Below are positions 13,364 through 24,300 of a stretch of 64,000 nt of DNA, piece by piece; positions within the stretch are counted from its first letter, which is position 1, and each line of letters opens with the position of its first letter. The stretch is from NCBI GenBank assembly GCA_002269645.1, contig NIVC01003878.1:1-64000 (forward strand), given 5' to 3'. The DNA comes from Macrostomum lignano (lineage: Eukaryota). Below the pieces are notes generated by a model. The model did not search any database and had not been told where the DNA came from. It was given only the letters and a program-made list of their open reading frames with translations. A program made the translations under genes and the position numbers.

Positions 13364-15802
13364 ATGAAAGAGACGTCGCCCACCAATAGTAACCCAGCAT
13401 CCGCTGCTTCATCGGAAGCTCCGTTACTTCTGGTCTCAACAGCGGCGGCGGCTGCGGCTGCTCATTCCGCCGACAAGACGCAGACAGCAGCGACCACGGC
13501 AACAACCACAATGACTCCCACAACAGCCGGCTCCACAGCCTCTGAAGAATACGCCGATGCTCAAACTTCTGACGGAGCAACTCTGAAGGTGCGCCTCGCT
13601 GATGACTATCACGATGGCGACGTCGGCGCCGGTGGTGGTGGCCACCGAGGAAGCCGAAGCAGCGGCTGCTCGGCCACGTCAATCGCTCTGGCCGTCCTGC
13701 TGGCCGGCTTCGCAGTCGCCCTGCTGGTGCTTGGGCTGCTTTATTGCCTGGACCTGCGGTTCCAGTCCGGGCTCCGGCTGCCGCACCGAGCCCAGTTTCT
13801 CGGCTGCGACGGCGCCGACGGTAGCGGCGGCAGCGGCGAGGCGACATCGTTTGGCGACAACACCGACGATCCCTGCACCGGCGACTTCTACGCCAGGGCC
13901 TGCTCTGGCTACTCGGCGAGCCACCCGCTGCGCTGGCAGGCGGCCTCCGGGCGACTCGAATCGTCCAGGACTCGCCTGTCCGACACGCAGGAGGCCATCG
14001 AAGACGCGCTGGTGGAGCGGCTGTTCCACGGGCCGCAGGGCCCGGCCGCGCCGGCCTGGCAGTCGGCCGTCACCAACCTGACCCGGGCCTGCGCCAGAGC
14101 CGGCGCTGATTTCCCTCGCGACGAACTGCTCGACCTGCTGGCCGAACGGGACCACAACATTCGCCGACGCCTGCTGCCGCCGATGTCGTTCTTCAGCCGT
14201 CGCAGCCTCGGCTGGGCCGGCGGCAACGACAGCTGGGAGGCCACGCTGGGCCGCCTGGTAGGCAACGGGCTCGGCTTTGCCGTGGAACTGCGCCCAGAAC
14301 CAGCGACAGCCGCGCAGACTGCGAACGCGGAGGCAGAGGCGGACGTCCTCAACTGGCTGCTGGAGCCGCGGCTGTCAAACATCGCACCGGGCAGCGACGC
14401 GGCCTCCGTGGCCGGGCTCGTCAAGGCGGCCTTCACCGACCTGCTGGGCCGCGGGGTGCCGCAGCTCATCGCCGAGGCGGTCGGGCGCTACCACGTCAGC
14501 CTGGCGAGGCTGCTGGCGGTCGTTGACGCCCCAGAGGAGCCGCCGCAGCTGCTGAGCCTGGACGAGGTGGCCGGGCTGTTTCCGGCTGGCTCGGCCGGCT
14601 GGGCGGCCTTCCGCTCGGCCGCTTTTCCTGGCTGGGCGAGCGGGCGATACCGCAGGCTGCGGGTACGGCGACCGGACACCCTGCGGCGGGTGCTGCGCCT
14701 CACGGCCAACCTGGACCCGGACAGCCTGGCCGGCTACGCCTTCGTCAACGCCCTGGCCGGCCTCGAGCGTTTCTCCGTCGGCCTAGCGGAGTTCTTCAAC
14801 CAGCCCGGCCAGCGCGAGCTGCTCAGCCGACGTCAACCGCTGCCGCTGGGGCCGCCGCCGCCTCCGACGCAGCCCGAGACCATCGGACGCCGCTGCCTGC
14901 GCGTCGCCTTCGACTTGATGCCGTCGCCGTCGGCGTTGCCGCTTTTTCATCGGGGACGTCGCCGACTTGTGGCCGGCCTGCGGGCCCGTCTGGCCGACAC
15001 GATCCGCGGCGCCTCGGACATCGAGCTGGCGGCAAAGGGCGGCCTCCTGCGCGCTCTGGACAGCGGCAGGTACGGCTACGCGTTCGGCGAGACCGACGAG
15101 GCGGCCGAGCTGCGAATGGCGAACGCCTACGGTGGCCTGGAGGCCAGACGGGAGGCCGGCTACCTGGGCATTGTGCTGAACATCCTGAGGCACCGTCGCA
15201 TTGTTGGTCTCGGGTCTGCCTTTTACCGCGGCGGCAGCTCGACTGGGGACGTCGACGGAGGCCTGGGGCCGGCGCCGGCCCTGCTGGCCGAGCTGGCGAC
15301 CCCGGGCCTGCGGTTCCCGCTGGCGGTGAACGCCCTGGCGCTGCGCCCGGCCGCCTTGGCCTTCCTCACCGCCCACGACTTGCTGGCGCGGCAGCCTCAG
15401 CTGGAGTCGCTGACGGTAATCCGCTGCGCCGCAGCCACCAATCGCAGCGGCTTCGGCCTGCCGGCGGAGTCGTCGGCGAGGCGGACAGCGGCGGACCGGC
15501 AGCTGCGGTCGGCCAGTTTGGCCCTGGCTGCTCTGCGGCCACCAGCCGCTGCTGACAGCAAGAAGGAGATCGACTTCGACCGCGACTTCCTGCTGACGGT
15601 GGGGCAGCTGCTGGCCTGCCATCGGTCGGCGCCGGGGCTAGAGACAACGGATACCGGCACGGGCCTCTCCATGGCCAGCCGGGCTCGCCTGATGGCGATT
15701 CTGCCCGAGTTCGGGCGGGCGTTCGGCTGCGGCCGGCCGCTTACCGGGACGGCTGCACCTGCTGCGTCAGCCGCTTGCCGACTGCTGCAGGTGGACGATT
15801 GA
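13364..15802 (+). CDS. Neprilysin/peptidase M13-like type II membrane protein, single coding exon, probably catalytically inactive
   Basis: 812 aa GC-rich ORF. Ser/Thr/Ala-rich N-tail, TM helix (SIALAVLLAGFAVALLVLGLLYCL), then DDPCTGDFYARACSGY (M13 DPCxDFYxYACGxW), VNALA (VNAFY), RTAAD (ENIAD), DFLLTVGQLLAC (LFFLNFAQVWC), ILPEFGRAFGC..C (NSxEFxxAFxC). The HExxH position reads HDLLA. Confidence 0.85.
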   Translation: MKETSPTNSNPASAASSEAPLLLVSTAAAAAAAHSADKTQTAATTATTTMTPTTAGSTASEEYADAQTSDGATLKVRLADDYHDGDVGAGGGGHRGSRSSGCSATSIALAVLLAGFAVALLVLGLLYCLDLRFQSGLRLPHRAQFLGCDGADGSGGSGEATSFGDNTDDPCTGDFYARACSGYSASHPLRWQAASGRLESSRTRLSDTQEAIEDALVERLFHGPQGPAAPAWQSAVTNLTRACARAGADFPRDELLDLLAERDHNIRRRLLPPMSFFSRRSLGWAGGNDSWEATLGRLVGNGLGFAVELRPEPATAAQTANAEAEADVLNWLLEPRLSNIAPGSDAASVAGLVKAAFTDLLGRGVPQLIAEAVGRYHVSLARLLAVVDAPEEPPQLLSLDEVAGLFPAGSAGWAAFRSAAFPGWASGRYRRLRVRRPDTLRRVLRLTANLDPDSLAGYAFVNALAGLERFSVGLAEFFNQPGQRELLSRRQPLPLGPPPPPTQPETIGRRCLRVAFDLMPSPSALPLFHRGRRRLVAGLRARLADTIRGASDIELAAKGGLLRALDSGRYGYAFGETDEAAELRMANAYGGLEARREAGYLGIVLNILRHRRIVGLGSAFYRGGSSTGDVDGGLGPAPALLAELATPGLRFPLAVNALALRPAALAFLTAHDLLARQPQLESLTVIRCAAATNRSGFGLPAESSARRTAADRQLRSASLALAALRPPAAADSKKEIDFDRDFLLTVGQLLACHRSAPGLETTDTGTGLSMASRARLMAILPEFGRAFGCGRPLTGTAAPAASAACRLLQVDD

Positions 15803-17735
15803 ATGGCGACTGTTTCATAGTCAATAATAATTGGAGGCTGGAGGTCCTTCCTTAGAAAGTAGCTTCTATTTGAATTAAAAATTAGGTAGACTTTTTAAGG
15901 AAATAGTTTATTTGTTTAAAAGTTTGCTTTAAGCTGGCCCACCTAATGAAAACCGGTTGATTTCTTAGAAACTTATGCAGAAATAGGTTCTTTCTTAGAA
16001 ACAGAGGAAAATTCTTGATAGAAATCGACGGGTTTCTTAGAACTGGTTCATCTTTATGGTAATCGTCTGTTGCTTTAATGAACCAGTGAATTTCCTTGAG
16101 ATCAGTGGATAATCAATACCAATAATCAATGAAACAATACAAAGAATCTAGTATTGTTCATTTTCGAGTGATTACTTTTTGAAAATGTCTTGAAACATCG
16201 GTACAGTTAAAATGAGTAATTGACTTTTAAACTCCATTTTCCATTTCTAAGAAATCGTTCAATCTTTTTGTTGTATCGAAGGCTGTTCCTGCAAAACAAT
16301 AAGATTTTAAAATAGTAGCTTAAATAGTTCGTTAAAATTTAGAATAAATTGAATTAAATTTGAATTGATTAAATTAGAGAATTATAGTAAAATTTATTTA
16401 AATTTAAATAATCAAAATAATAGAATAATATATTTATACTAACTTCACTTCACTTTACTTTACTTTACTTTTAGCTAGTAAAAGTAAATTATTTTTTATT
16501 GCTAAAATTATCTAATTAATTGTGCTACTTCAAAAGTTGAATGCAGTTGCTGGACTTCACTGGATTTTCCAGCGAATCAAGCAGCAATTAATCAAAAAAA
16601 ACTTTGACCTCATTACGAATTGCGATACAATTTTTTTGCTGATAACCGACTTTGTGTTAAAATTCATGCAATTTCATCTTCATCTTGTACTACTTATAAA
16701 TGTTAGCTGAATTTATACCATTATTCAACAATTTGACAGCTACAATGCCATATTTATATCTGTTGATTTTGAATTTCACAACTCATTTATCACGGTTAGC
16801 TAATTTAATATCGCACTTTCAAGTGTCCCAATCTGAATTTTATGACACAATTTTTTTCAAAAACTTTGCATGCTACTTAAAGTAGCGCTAATCGCTTGTA
16901 CAAACTCTGGCATCCTTTATACTTAGTTTTTACAAATAGTTTAGTAAAATAAATACACGGCAATGCAATGCACTCATGAGCTAGCTAATAATCATAGTTA
17001 TAACAAAAATTAAAACGGCAATCCGACTGAATTAGTATTATTATCAATTTTAAACTCTAAAAAGTAACACGACATGTACTTGTCATTTAAGTACGAGTAT
17101 AAAAATGAAACTTCTGTAAAAATCCAGTTTAAGAAATTTCAGTTTTATACCTTAGCGGGCAGGTAATTCCCTTTAAATAAATTCATTTATTCCTACGATT
17201 TACTACTTACATAGCTCTACGATCAGTAGTAGAAAAAACAGACCTTATTTTTATTCAAGTGTGGAATAAGGAACTGCTGTTTTTTTATTAAAAAACAATT
17301 CTATTGAAATTTTTTAGCAATTATTTTTGTTTCATTAACAGATAGCTAACAGATAGCTATTAGGGGATACAGTTTTTGCTGTGCCAGAACGGAGCACACG
17401 ATTCAACAATTCTGCCAGAAGGTCGGATTTTTCAAATGCACCCCTGTGCGCCAAATTTCATCAGTACGTCGACCACATGTGTCCGCATCAGCTCTGGCTT
17501 TGTTGGTCACTGGCTTTCACCCAGGCGCAGTTTCTGGACCTTTAACAGGTGACAGCAAAAACTATTTGGTAGTTCGACGAGCAAAAAATGCGTTGGTGTT
17601 ATGCCAACTGTTTACAAAACAAGTTTATTAGTGATGGAAGGGCAGAGGAGAAAAACGACAGAAAAAGCAAAGCACAAAGCAACAGAGTACAGCTGGGCAG
17701 TGCAGGATGAACTTTGAGCAGGAGCCAGTCTGGAG

Positions 17736-18185
17736 CACAGATACTAAAATAACTGGATAGGCCACTCAGGCATATATACTTAGTAAAACAGCTTTCTACT
17801 TTCAGTTCAGTAGCAAAGAAGAATACATAAACTATTTTATAAAAATAAACCCAGCTAAAACGACTTTGATAAGTTTAGTTAGCCCAAGCTTGCAGGCGTA
17901 AACTGAACCATTTGCTAATTGGTTCAGCAATAATGTACATTGGCCAGTCCACTGAAATGTACATGGCAGCTTTAGGCTGGAATTCCGAGAAAGCCAATAA
18001 AAACTGGGGCGGGGCGGGGGTGGTGTGGAAAGGCGCGTTTGGTTGGAGGGTTTAAGCTGGGGGATTAAATGAGCCTTGACTTTAAAAAATACATTAAAAT
18101 GCTTCAGTTTAACTTGCTACTGAACTGAAAGTAGCTTACACGTTAATGTGCTGAGTGGCCCATCTTAGTTATTCTAATATCTGTG
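17736..18185 (+). mobile_element. ~450 bp non-autonomous DNA transposon (MITE), P-superfamily-like, copy 1
   Basis: Imperfect ~35 bp TIRs (CACAGATACTAAAATAAC.. / ..GTTATTCTAATATCTGTG), subterminal inverted repeat (CTACTTTCAGTTCAGTAGCAA), perfect 8 bp TSD GTCTGGAG. The CACAG terminus fits the P-element CANRG motif. Confidence 0.85.
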
Positions 18186-18366
18186 GTCTGGAGTAAGCAT
18201 AAAACTATTGCTGTTAATGTTCCCTGCGAACAGGTGACAGCCGTATTAGCCATATACAGCCGTAAAAATGCCGTATTGAGCAGAAGAAAACGCCATTATT
18301 CAGGTATTAGATAGACTTTAGCATATACATCAAAATTCAACTAGATTTAGATCGGACTGTATAAAT

Positions 18367-18666
18367 CAGGGCTCGGCAAACTCTGGCCCACGGAAGCGTC
18401 TCTATTTGGCTCTCGGGTCCATTGAAATTTGAAAATAGCGACCTAATGTTTGTCTCTGCTCAGCTCTCTTCTCTCTAATCTCATCCCTCCTCTCTCGTCT
18501 CCTTCCTCCTCTCTAGGATCTATCCTCATTTATTCCCTCGACTCTCCTTTCACTTATCTCCCTTCTCTCTTCTCTATTCCCTCTCCTCTCTCCCCTCCAC
18601 TGGCCCGCAGTCATGCTCTAGGCTCTCTATCTGACCCTTTGAGGTAAAAAGGTTTGCCGACCCCAA
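18367..18666. mobile_element. ~300 bp hAT (Charlie-like) MITE
   Basis: Ends CAGGGCTCGGCAAAC and GTTTGCCGACCCC, with GGCCC subterminal motifs; left flank GTATAAAT fits the NTNTANAN target; right TSD poor. Confidence 0.55.
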
Positions 18667-19017
18667 GGTATTAGAGATATTAACTGACAGACTAGGCGCA
18701 ATAACAGTAATAAATAACAATTGTTTTTGAATACATTTAGTATTTATATTGTTGAGGTGGTAGAGCAGCTGAATACTTTTACATTAGAAAAACACAAAAC
18801 AAACTGCTCCAATTAAGAGAAAAAATATTCAAAAAGCTAAAAAACTAAGGGTCTCGGTGCTCGTCTTCAAGGATATTCGGCCCCGCGAGTGTTCAACAGA
18901 CCCTAGGGCTGCTCGACAGACCAAGGGCTCTCTCTCTCTCCCACTTTCCAGCCCAAGCAGAATGGGCGGCTCCTGCCTCCCCGCTGTGTCGTTGGACCAG
19001 AGCGCTCAGGGTGGAGC

Positions 19018-20808
19018 CCTGAGTCGGTGATGGAGGACTCAGGGAGAGCCGGTGGTGGAGGACTCAGGGAGAGTCGGTGGTGGAGGACTCAGGGAGAGCC
19101 GGTGATGGAGGACTCAGGGAGAGTCGGTGATGGAGGACTCAGGGAGAGCCGGTGGTGGAGGACTCAGGGAGAGCCGGTGGTGGAGGACTCAGGGAGAGCC
19201 GGTGGTGGAGGACTCAGGGAGAGCCGGTGGTGGAGGACTCAGGGAGAGCCGGTGGTGGAGGACTCAGGGAGAGCCGGTGGTGGAGGACTCAGGGAGAGCC
19301 GGTGGTGGAGGACTCAGGGAGAGTCGGTGGTGGAGGACTCAGGGAGACTCATGGAGAGTCGGTGGTGGAGGACTCAGGGAGACTCATGGAGAGTCGGTGG
19401 TGGAGGACTCAGGGAGACTCATGGAGAGTCGGTGGTGGAGGACTCAGGGAGACTCATGGAGAGTCGGTGGTGGAGGACTCAGGGAGACTCATGGAGAGTC
19501 GGTGGTGGAGGACTCAGGGAGAGTCGGTGGAGGACTCAGGGAGAGTCGGTGGTGGAGGACTCAGGGAGAGTCGGTGGTGGAGGACTCAGGGAGACTCATG
19601 GAGAGTCAGTGGTGGAGGACTCAGGGAGACTCATGGAGAGTCGGTGGTGGAGGACTCAGGGAGACTCATGGAGAGTCAGTGGTGGAGGACTCAGGGAGAC
19701 TCATGGAGAGTCGGTGGTGGAGGACTCAGGGAGACTCATGGAGAGTCGGTGGTGGAGGACTCAGGGAGAGTCGGTGGTGGAGGACTCAGGGAGAGTCGGT
19801 GGTGGAGGACTCAGGGAGAGCCGGTGGTGGAGGACTCAGGGAGAGTCGGTGGTGGAGGACTCAGGGAGAGTCGGTGGTGGAGGACTCAGGGAGAGCCGGT
19901 GGTGGAGGACTCAGGGAGAGTCGGTGGTGGAGGACTCAGGGAGAGTCGGTGGTGGAGGACTCAGGGAGACTCATGGAGAGTCGGTGGTGGAGGACTCAGG
20001 GAGAGTCGGTGGTGGAGGACTCAGGGAGACTCATGGAGAGTCGGTGGTGGAGGACTCAGGGAGACTCATGGAGAGTCGGTGGTGGAGGACTCAGGGAGAG
20101 TCGGTGGTGGAGGACTCAGGGAGAGTCGGTGGTGGAGGACTCAGGGAGACTCATGGAGAGTCGGTGGTGGAGGACTCAGGGAGAGTCGGTGGTGGAGGAC
20201 TCAGGGAGAGTCGGTGGTGGAGGACTCAGGGAGAGTCGGTGGTGGAGGACTCAGGGAGACTCATGGAGAGTCGGTGGTGGAGGACTCAGGGAGAGTCGGT
20301 GGTGGAGGACTCAGGGAGAGTCGGTGGTGGAGGACTCAGGGAGAGTCGGTGGTGGAGGACTCAGGGAGAGTCGGTGGTGGAGGACTCAGGGAGAGTCGGT
20401 GGTGGAGGACTCAGGGAGACTCATGGAGAGTCGGTGGTGGAGGACTCATGGAGAGTCGGTGGTGGAGGACTCAGGGAGAGACGGTGGTGGAGGACTCAGG
20501 GAGAGTCGGTGGTGGAGGACTCAGGGAGAGTCGGTGGTGGAGGACTCAGGGAGACTCATGGAGAGTCGGTGGTGGAGGACTCAGGGAGAGTCGGTGGTGG
20601 AGAACTCAGGGAGACTCAGGGAGAGCCGGTGGTGGAGGACTCAGGGAGAGCCGGTGGTGGAGGACTCAGGGAGAGTCGGTGGTGGAGAACTCAGGGAGAC
20701 TCAAGGAGAGCCGGTGGTGGAGGACTCAGGGAGAGTCGGTGGTGGAGGACTCAGGGAGACTCAAGGAGAGTCGGTGGTGGAGGACTCAGGGAGAGCCGGT
20801 GGAGGTCC
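19018..20808. repeat. 25 bp minisatellite (GGTGGTGGAGGACTCAGGGAGAGTC)n with partial-duplication variants
   Basis: Direct inspection. Confidence 0.95.
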
Positions 20809-20945
20809 CAGGAAGTGAATTTTCAGCCAGACACTCAGGTCAAGGAATGCATGCTGCAGTTTAGGTTTGGAAGATTGTCATTCAGTCCAGTATGTCATGC
20901 TGTGCTAGCCTTAAATGTCTTTCTAGTCAGTCCAGCTAGTTCAGT

Positions 20946-21318
20946 TTAATGAATGGCGCGACGAGAACTGCTGCGGTAACTGCCGGCAGCGGGCACGTCA
21001 ATAGTGTAGTCCGGCTTGTGGGCGGTTTCGGCAAGGAAGTTGGTGGGATTGGCCGCCAGCTTACCGCCAACGCTGCCGCCGGCAACGCTGCTGCCAACGC
21101 TGACTGGTGCGTAGAGGCTGGAGTAGACGTTGGCGTTCGAGTAGCTGGCGCCGCTGCCGTTGCTGCCGTTCTTGTAGCGGTCAGACTCGGGCAGGTATTC
21201 GATGGACTGCGAGCCCAGCTGCTGCGGCTGGTGCTTTGGTGTTTTGTCCGTCTGCATTGACGAATCGCAGAGCAGCACGGGCGGAACCAATTTGGCAGGC
21301 TGGGACAGCTTCGAGCCA
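20946..21318 (-). CDS. ADAM exon 8 (terminal, cytoplasmic tail)
   Basis: ctgcag|T GGC; phase 2 matches exon 7; ends RRAIH-stop. Confidence 0.8.
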
Positions 21319-24300
21319 CTGCAGTTGCGGTGCCGGGCGGGGGTTGCAATTGTTTCTTAGAATTATTTTTCCTAGAAATTCCCAGAAAAATGTGTATTTC
21401 CTAATAATTATTCGCTTTTTTCTCAGAAACACTGTTGGCTAGAACGATTTTCTGAGTTTCCTAGAAAATATTTTATGGATTTCTTAGATTTCTCTGATTT
21501 CCTAGAAATCTTTCCTGAGACTGCTAGTATCTGAATCGGTTTCCTAGAATATTTTTACCAATCAAATGACTTCAAAATATTCTAAATCGATTGATTTCTT
21601 TGGAACGATTTTTACTCTTTTAGTTTTTCCCACCGATATTAGAATAACTAAGATGGGCCACTCAGCACATTAACGTGTAAGCTACTTTCAGTTCAGTAGT
21701 GAGTTAAACAGAAGCATTTTAATGTATTTTTTAAAGTCAAGGCTCATTTAATCCCCCAGCTTATACCCTCCAACCGCGCCTTTCACCACTACTCCCTCCT
21801 CCGTCCCGCCCCAATTTTTATTGGCTTTCTCGGAATTCCAGCCTAAAGCTGCCATGTACATTTCAGTGGACTGGCCAATGTACATTATTGCTGAACCAAT
21901 TAGCAAATGGTTCAGTTTACGCCTGCAAGCTTGCTTGGGCTAACTAAACTTATCAAAGTCGTTTTAGCTGGGTTTATTTTTATAAAATAGTTTATGCATT
22001 CTTCTTTGCTACTGAACTGAAAGTAGAAAGCTGTTTTACTAAGTATATATGCCTGAGTGGCCTATCCAGTTATTTTAGTATCTGTGTTTTTTCCTACAAA
22101 CTGATTCACGCGTATTTCTAGGAATACATTTCTTAGAAACCGCGTCTCACCGAGTCTCGCACTCGTCGTACTCCATACTGGAGGCGGACCCGGACTGACG
22201 CCCGAGATGGCTGTCCAGCAGGTTGGACATCTCCTGCAGCTCGCCCACCTCCTTGTTTCTTAGAATGCCCTTGTCCGGCAGTGTCTGACTGCAAGTGTCC
22301 GACTGCTGCTGCTGCAGCCTGGCTGCCGAGTTCAGCCTGTTAATCTGGCAGCCGGAGTTCAGGCTGCCGCCGCTGCTGCCGCCGCCTCCGACTGAGTGCG
22401 ACGGAGGAGCGAACGAGACGGTCGTCCCTCGCGGGGACTCCCTGACTTCGTAGCCCAAGTCGTTCTTCTGGCGACCTTTGCCGCTGCCGCCGCCGATGCC
22501 GCTGCCGCCGCCGCCGATACCGCCGCCGCCACCGGCTCCCCGCGACGAATTTGAAAAGTTCTGGTGGCCAGTCCGGCAGAGCTTTTTACGGCAAATGTAG
22601 GCAGAGGTTACCACCAGCAGCAGCAGAAAGAAGCCGACCAAAGCGCAGATCAGCTGATGGAGAGAAGGGGGCCGCAAACTTGATTGTCTTCCCAATACGC
22701 TCGTAAATTATATTTAAGATGTCTCATAAATCTAGATTGCATTCTTCCAGAATTATAAAAACATAAAATTCCTATTTTCTCATCTGTCTACTGTGAAAGA
22801 TCCCAATTAAAAAATATCCAATTCCTCCAATTAAAAAATTAAAAAATCCCTCATTCCCCAAATTAAAAAACGCCAACCGCACTACTCACAATTGTCCAAT
22901 CCCCGTTTCCCTTGTCCGTCGGGTTGGAGTCCCGGCTGCCCTGGGCGGGGGACCAGTACAGCTGCTGCAGCAGGTTCACGCGGTCATTGGGGCCGAGACG
23001 CCGCTCGCAGGAGCGCCCCGTCCAGCCCGGCCGGCACAGACAGGCCGCTCTGGTGGTGCAGACACCGCGGCCGGAGCAGACGAGATGCGTCTGGCTGTCT
23101 CGCGGACAGGCAACCGAGGCGGCCACGCGGCCGGCCAATTCGGGCGGCTGCAGACACCGGCCGGACAAGCAGGCGGTGCCGCTCGGACAGGAACTGCCGT
23201 CCGGCAGCGCAATGTCCATCGACTTGTACCGGCACTTCAACTCGGTGCTGTTCGGCCACTGGACCTTCAGCTCGTGGACCGGCTTGCCCTGACCGCCGAC
23301 GCACATGAGGGTGGCGCAGGGGTCCAGCTTGATGCCCTCGTAGCACTCCAGAGGGCCCGCGCTGGCGCTGGCGCCCCACACCTTTTGGCAGGAGGCCTCC
23401 CTGGTGGGCGCGCACTGGCCGGACAGGCACCACCGGAGCTGGTCCCCACCGCCAGACTGGCCGGCGCACGGCTGCCAGTCGGCCAGTTTGGAGTCGTCAG
23501 GACAGGCCTCGTCAGTGCCGTTGCACAGCTCCGGCAAGTCGCAGTTGTTTGTCGAGGCCCGACAAATCGAGCCGGCCGGCCTCAGTCGGCAGCCGGAGCA
23601 GCAGGCGCCGCTGCCGGCGCGGCAGGTGGCCCAGCTGTGCAGCATGCAGGTCGTCGCGTTGCAGCAGGCGGGGCCGGCGCTGCTGGCGTCGCATTCCTCC
23701 GACCGGTCCAGGCGGCCATTGCCGCACAAGCGCAGGTCGCTGCTGGGAGCGGCTGCTCCGTTGAGCAGGCAGTCGGCTGTGCCGGCTTGGAGCGCGGCCT
23801 CCAGGCGCTGCGCGTCTGAGCGGGTGAGCAGGCGGTCCGGGCTGCAGCTGGAGGGAGCGGGCAGAGAGGTTGAGAACTGCTGTTGTTTGTGAGTCTAAAT
23901 AGAACTCAAAATTATTAGTTTGAGATTATTTATTACTAGTAGTTGCAAGTGCGCCCCTGCAGTTCGAACTGAACGGCACCGTGGCTCATAAAGAAGGGAG
24001 ATGGGTAGGGAAGAGGGGGAGAGGGAGAAGCAGATTGGGAGAGGGAAAGCGAGAGAATAGGAGAGCGGGATTGGAATAATGGAAGAGGGAGTGTAGGGGG
24101 AGATGATGGAGAGTGGGAGACTGGGAGAGGGAGTGTAGAGGGAGATGGAGAGTGGGAGACTGGGAGAGGAGTGTAGGGGGAGATGGAGAGTGGGAGAGTG
24201 GGACAGTGGGAGGGGAATTAGTGTAGGGGGAGAGGGAGAGTAGGGGGAAAGAGAGAGTGAGAACGCCAGAGAGATCGAACGGAGAGGGAGGGCCGAGAGT

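Noticed and set aside
19027-20949. Long ORFs in three frames (up to 640 aa)
   Set aside because: By-product of a stop-free 25 bp unit; the frame cycles each unit, so there is no coherent protein.
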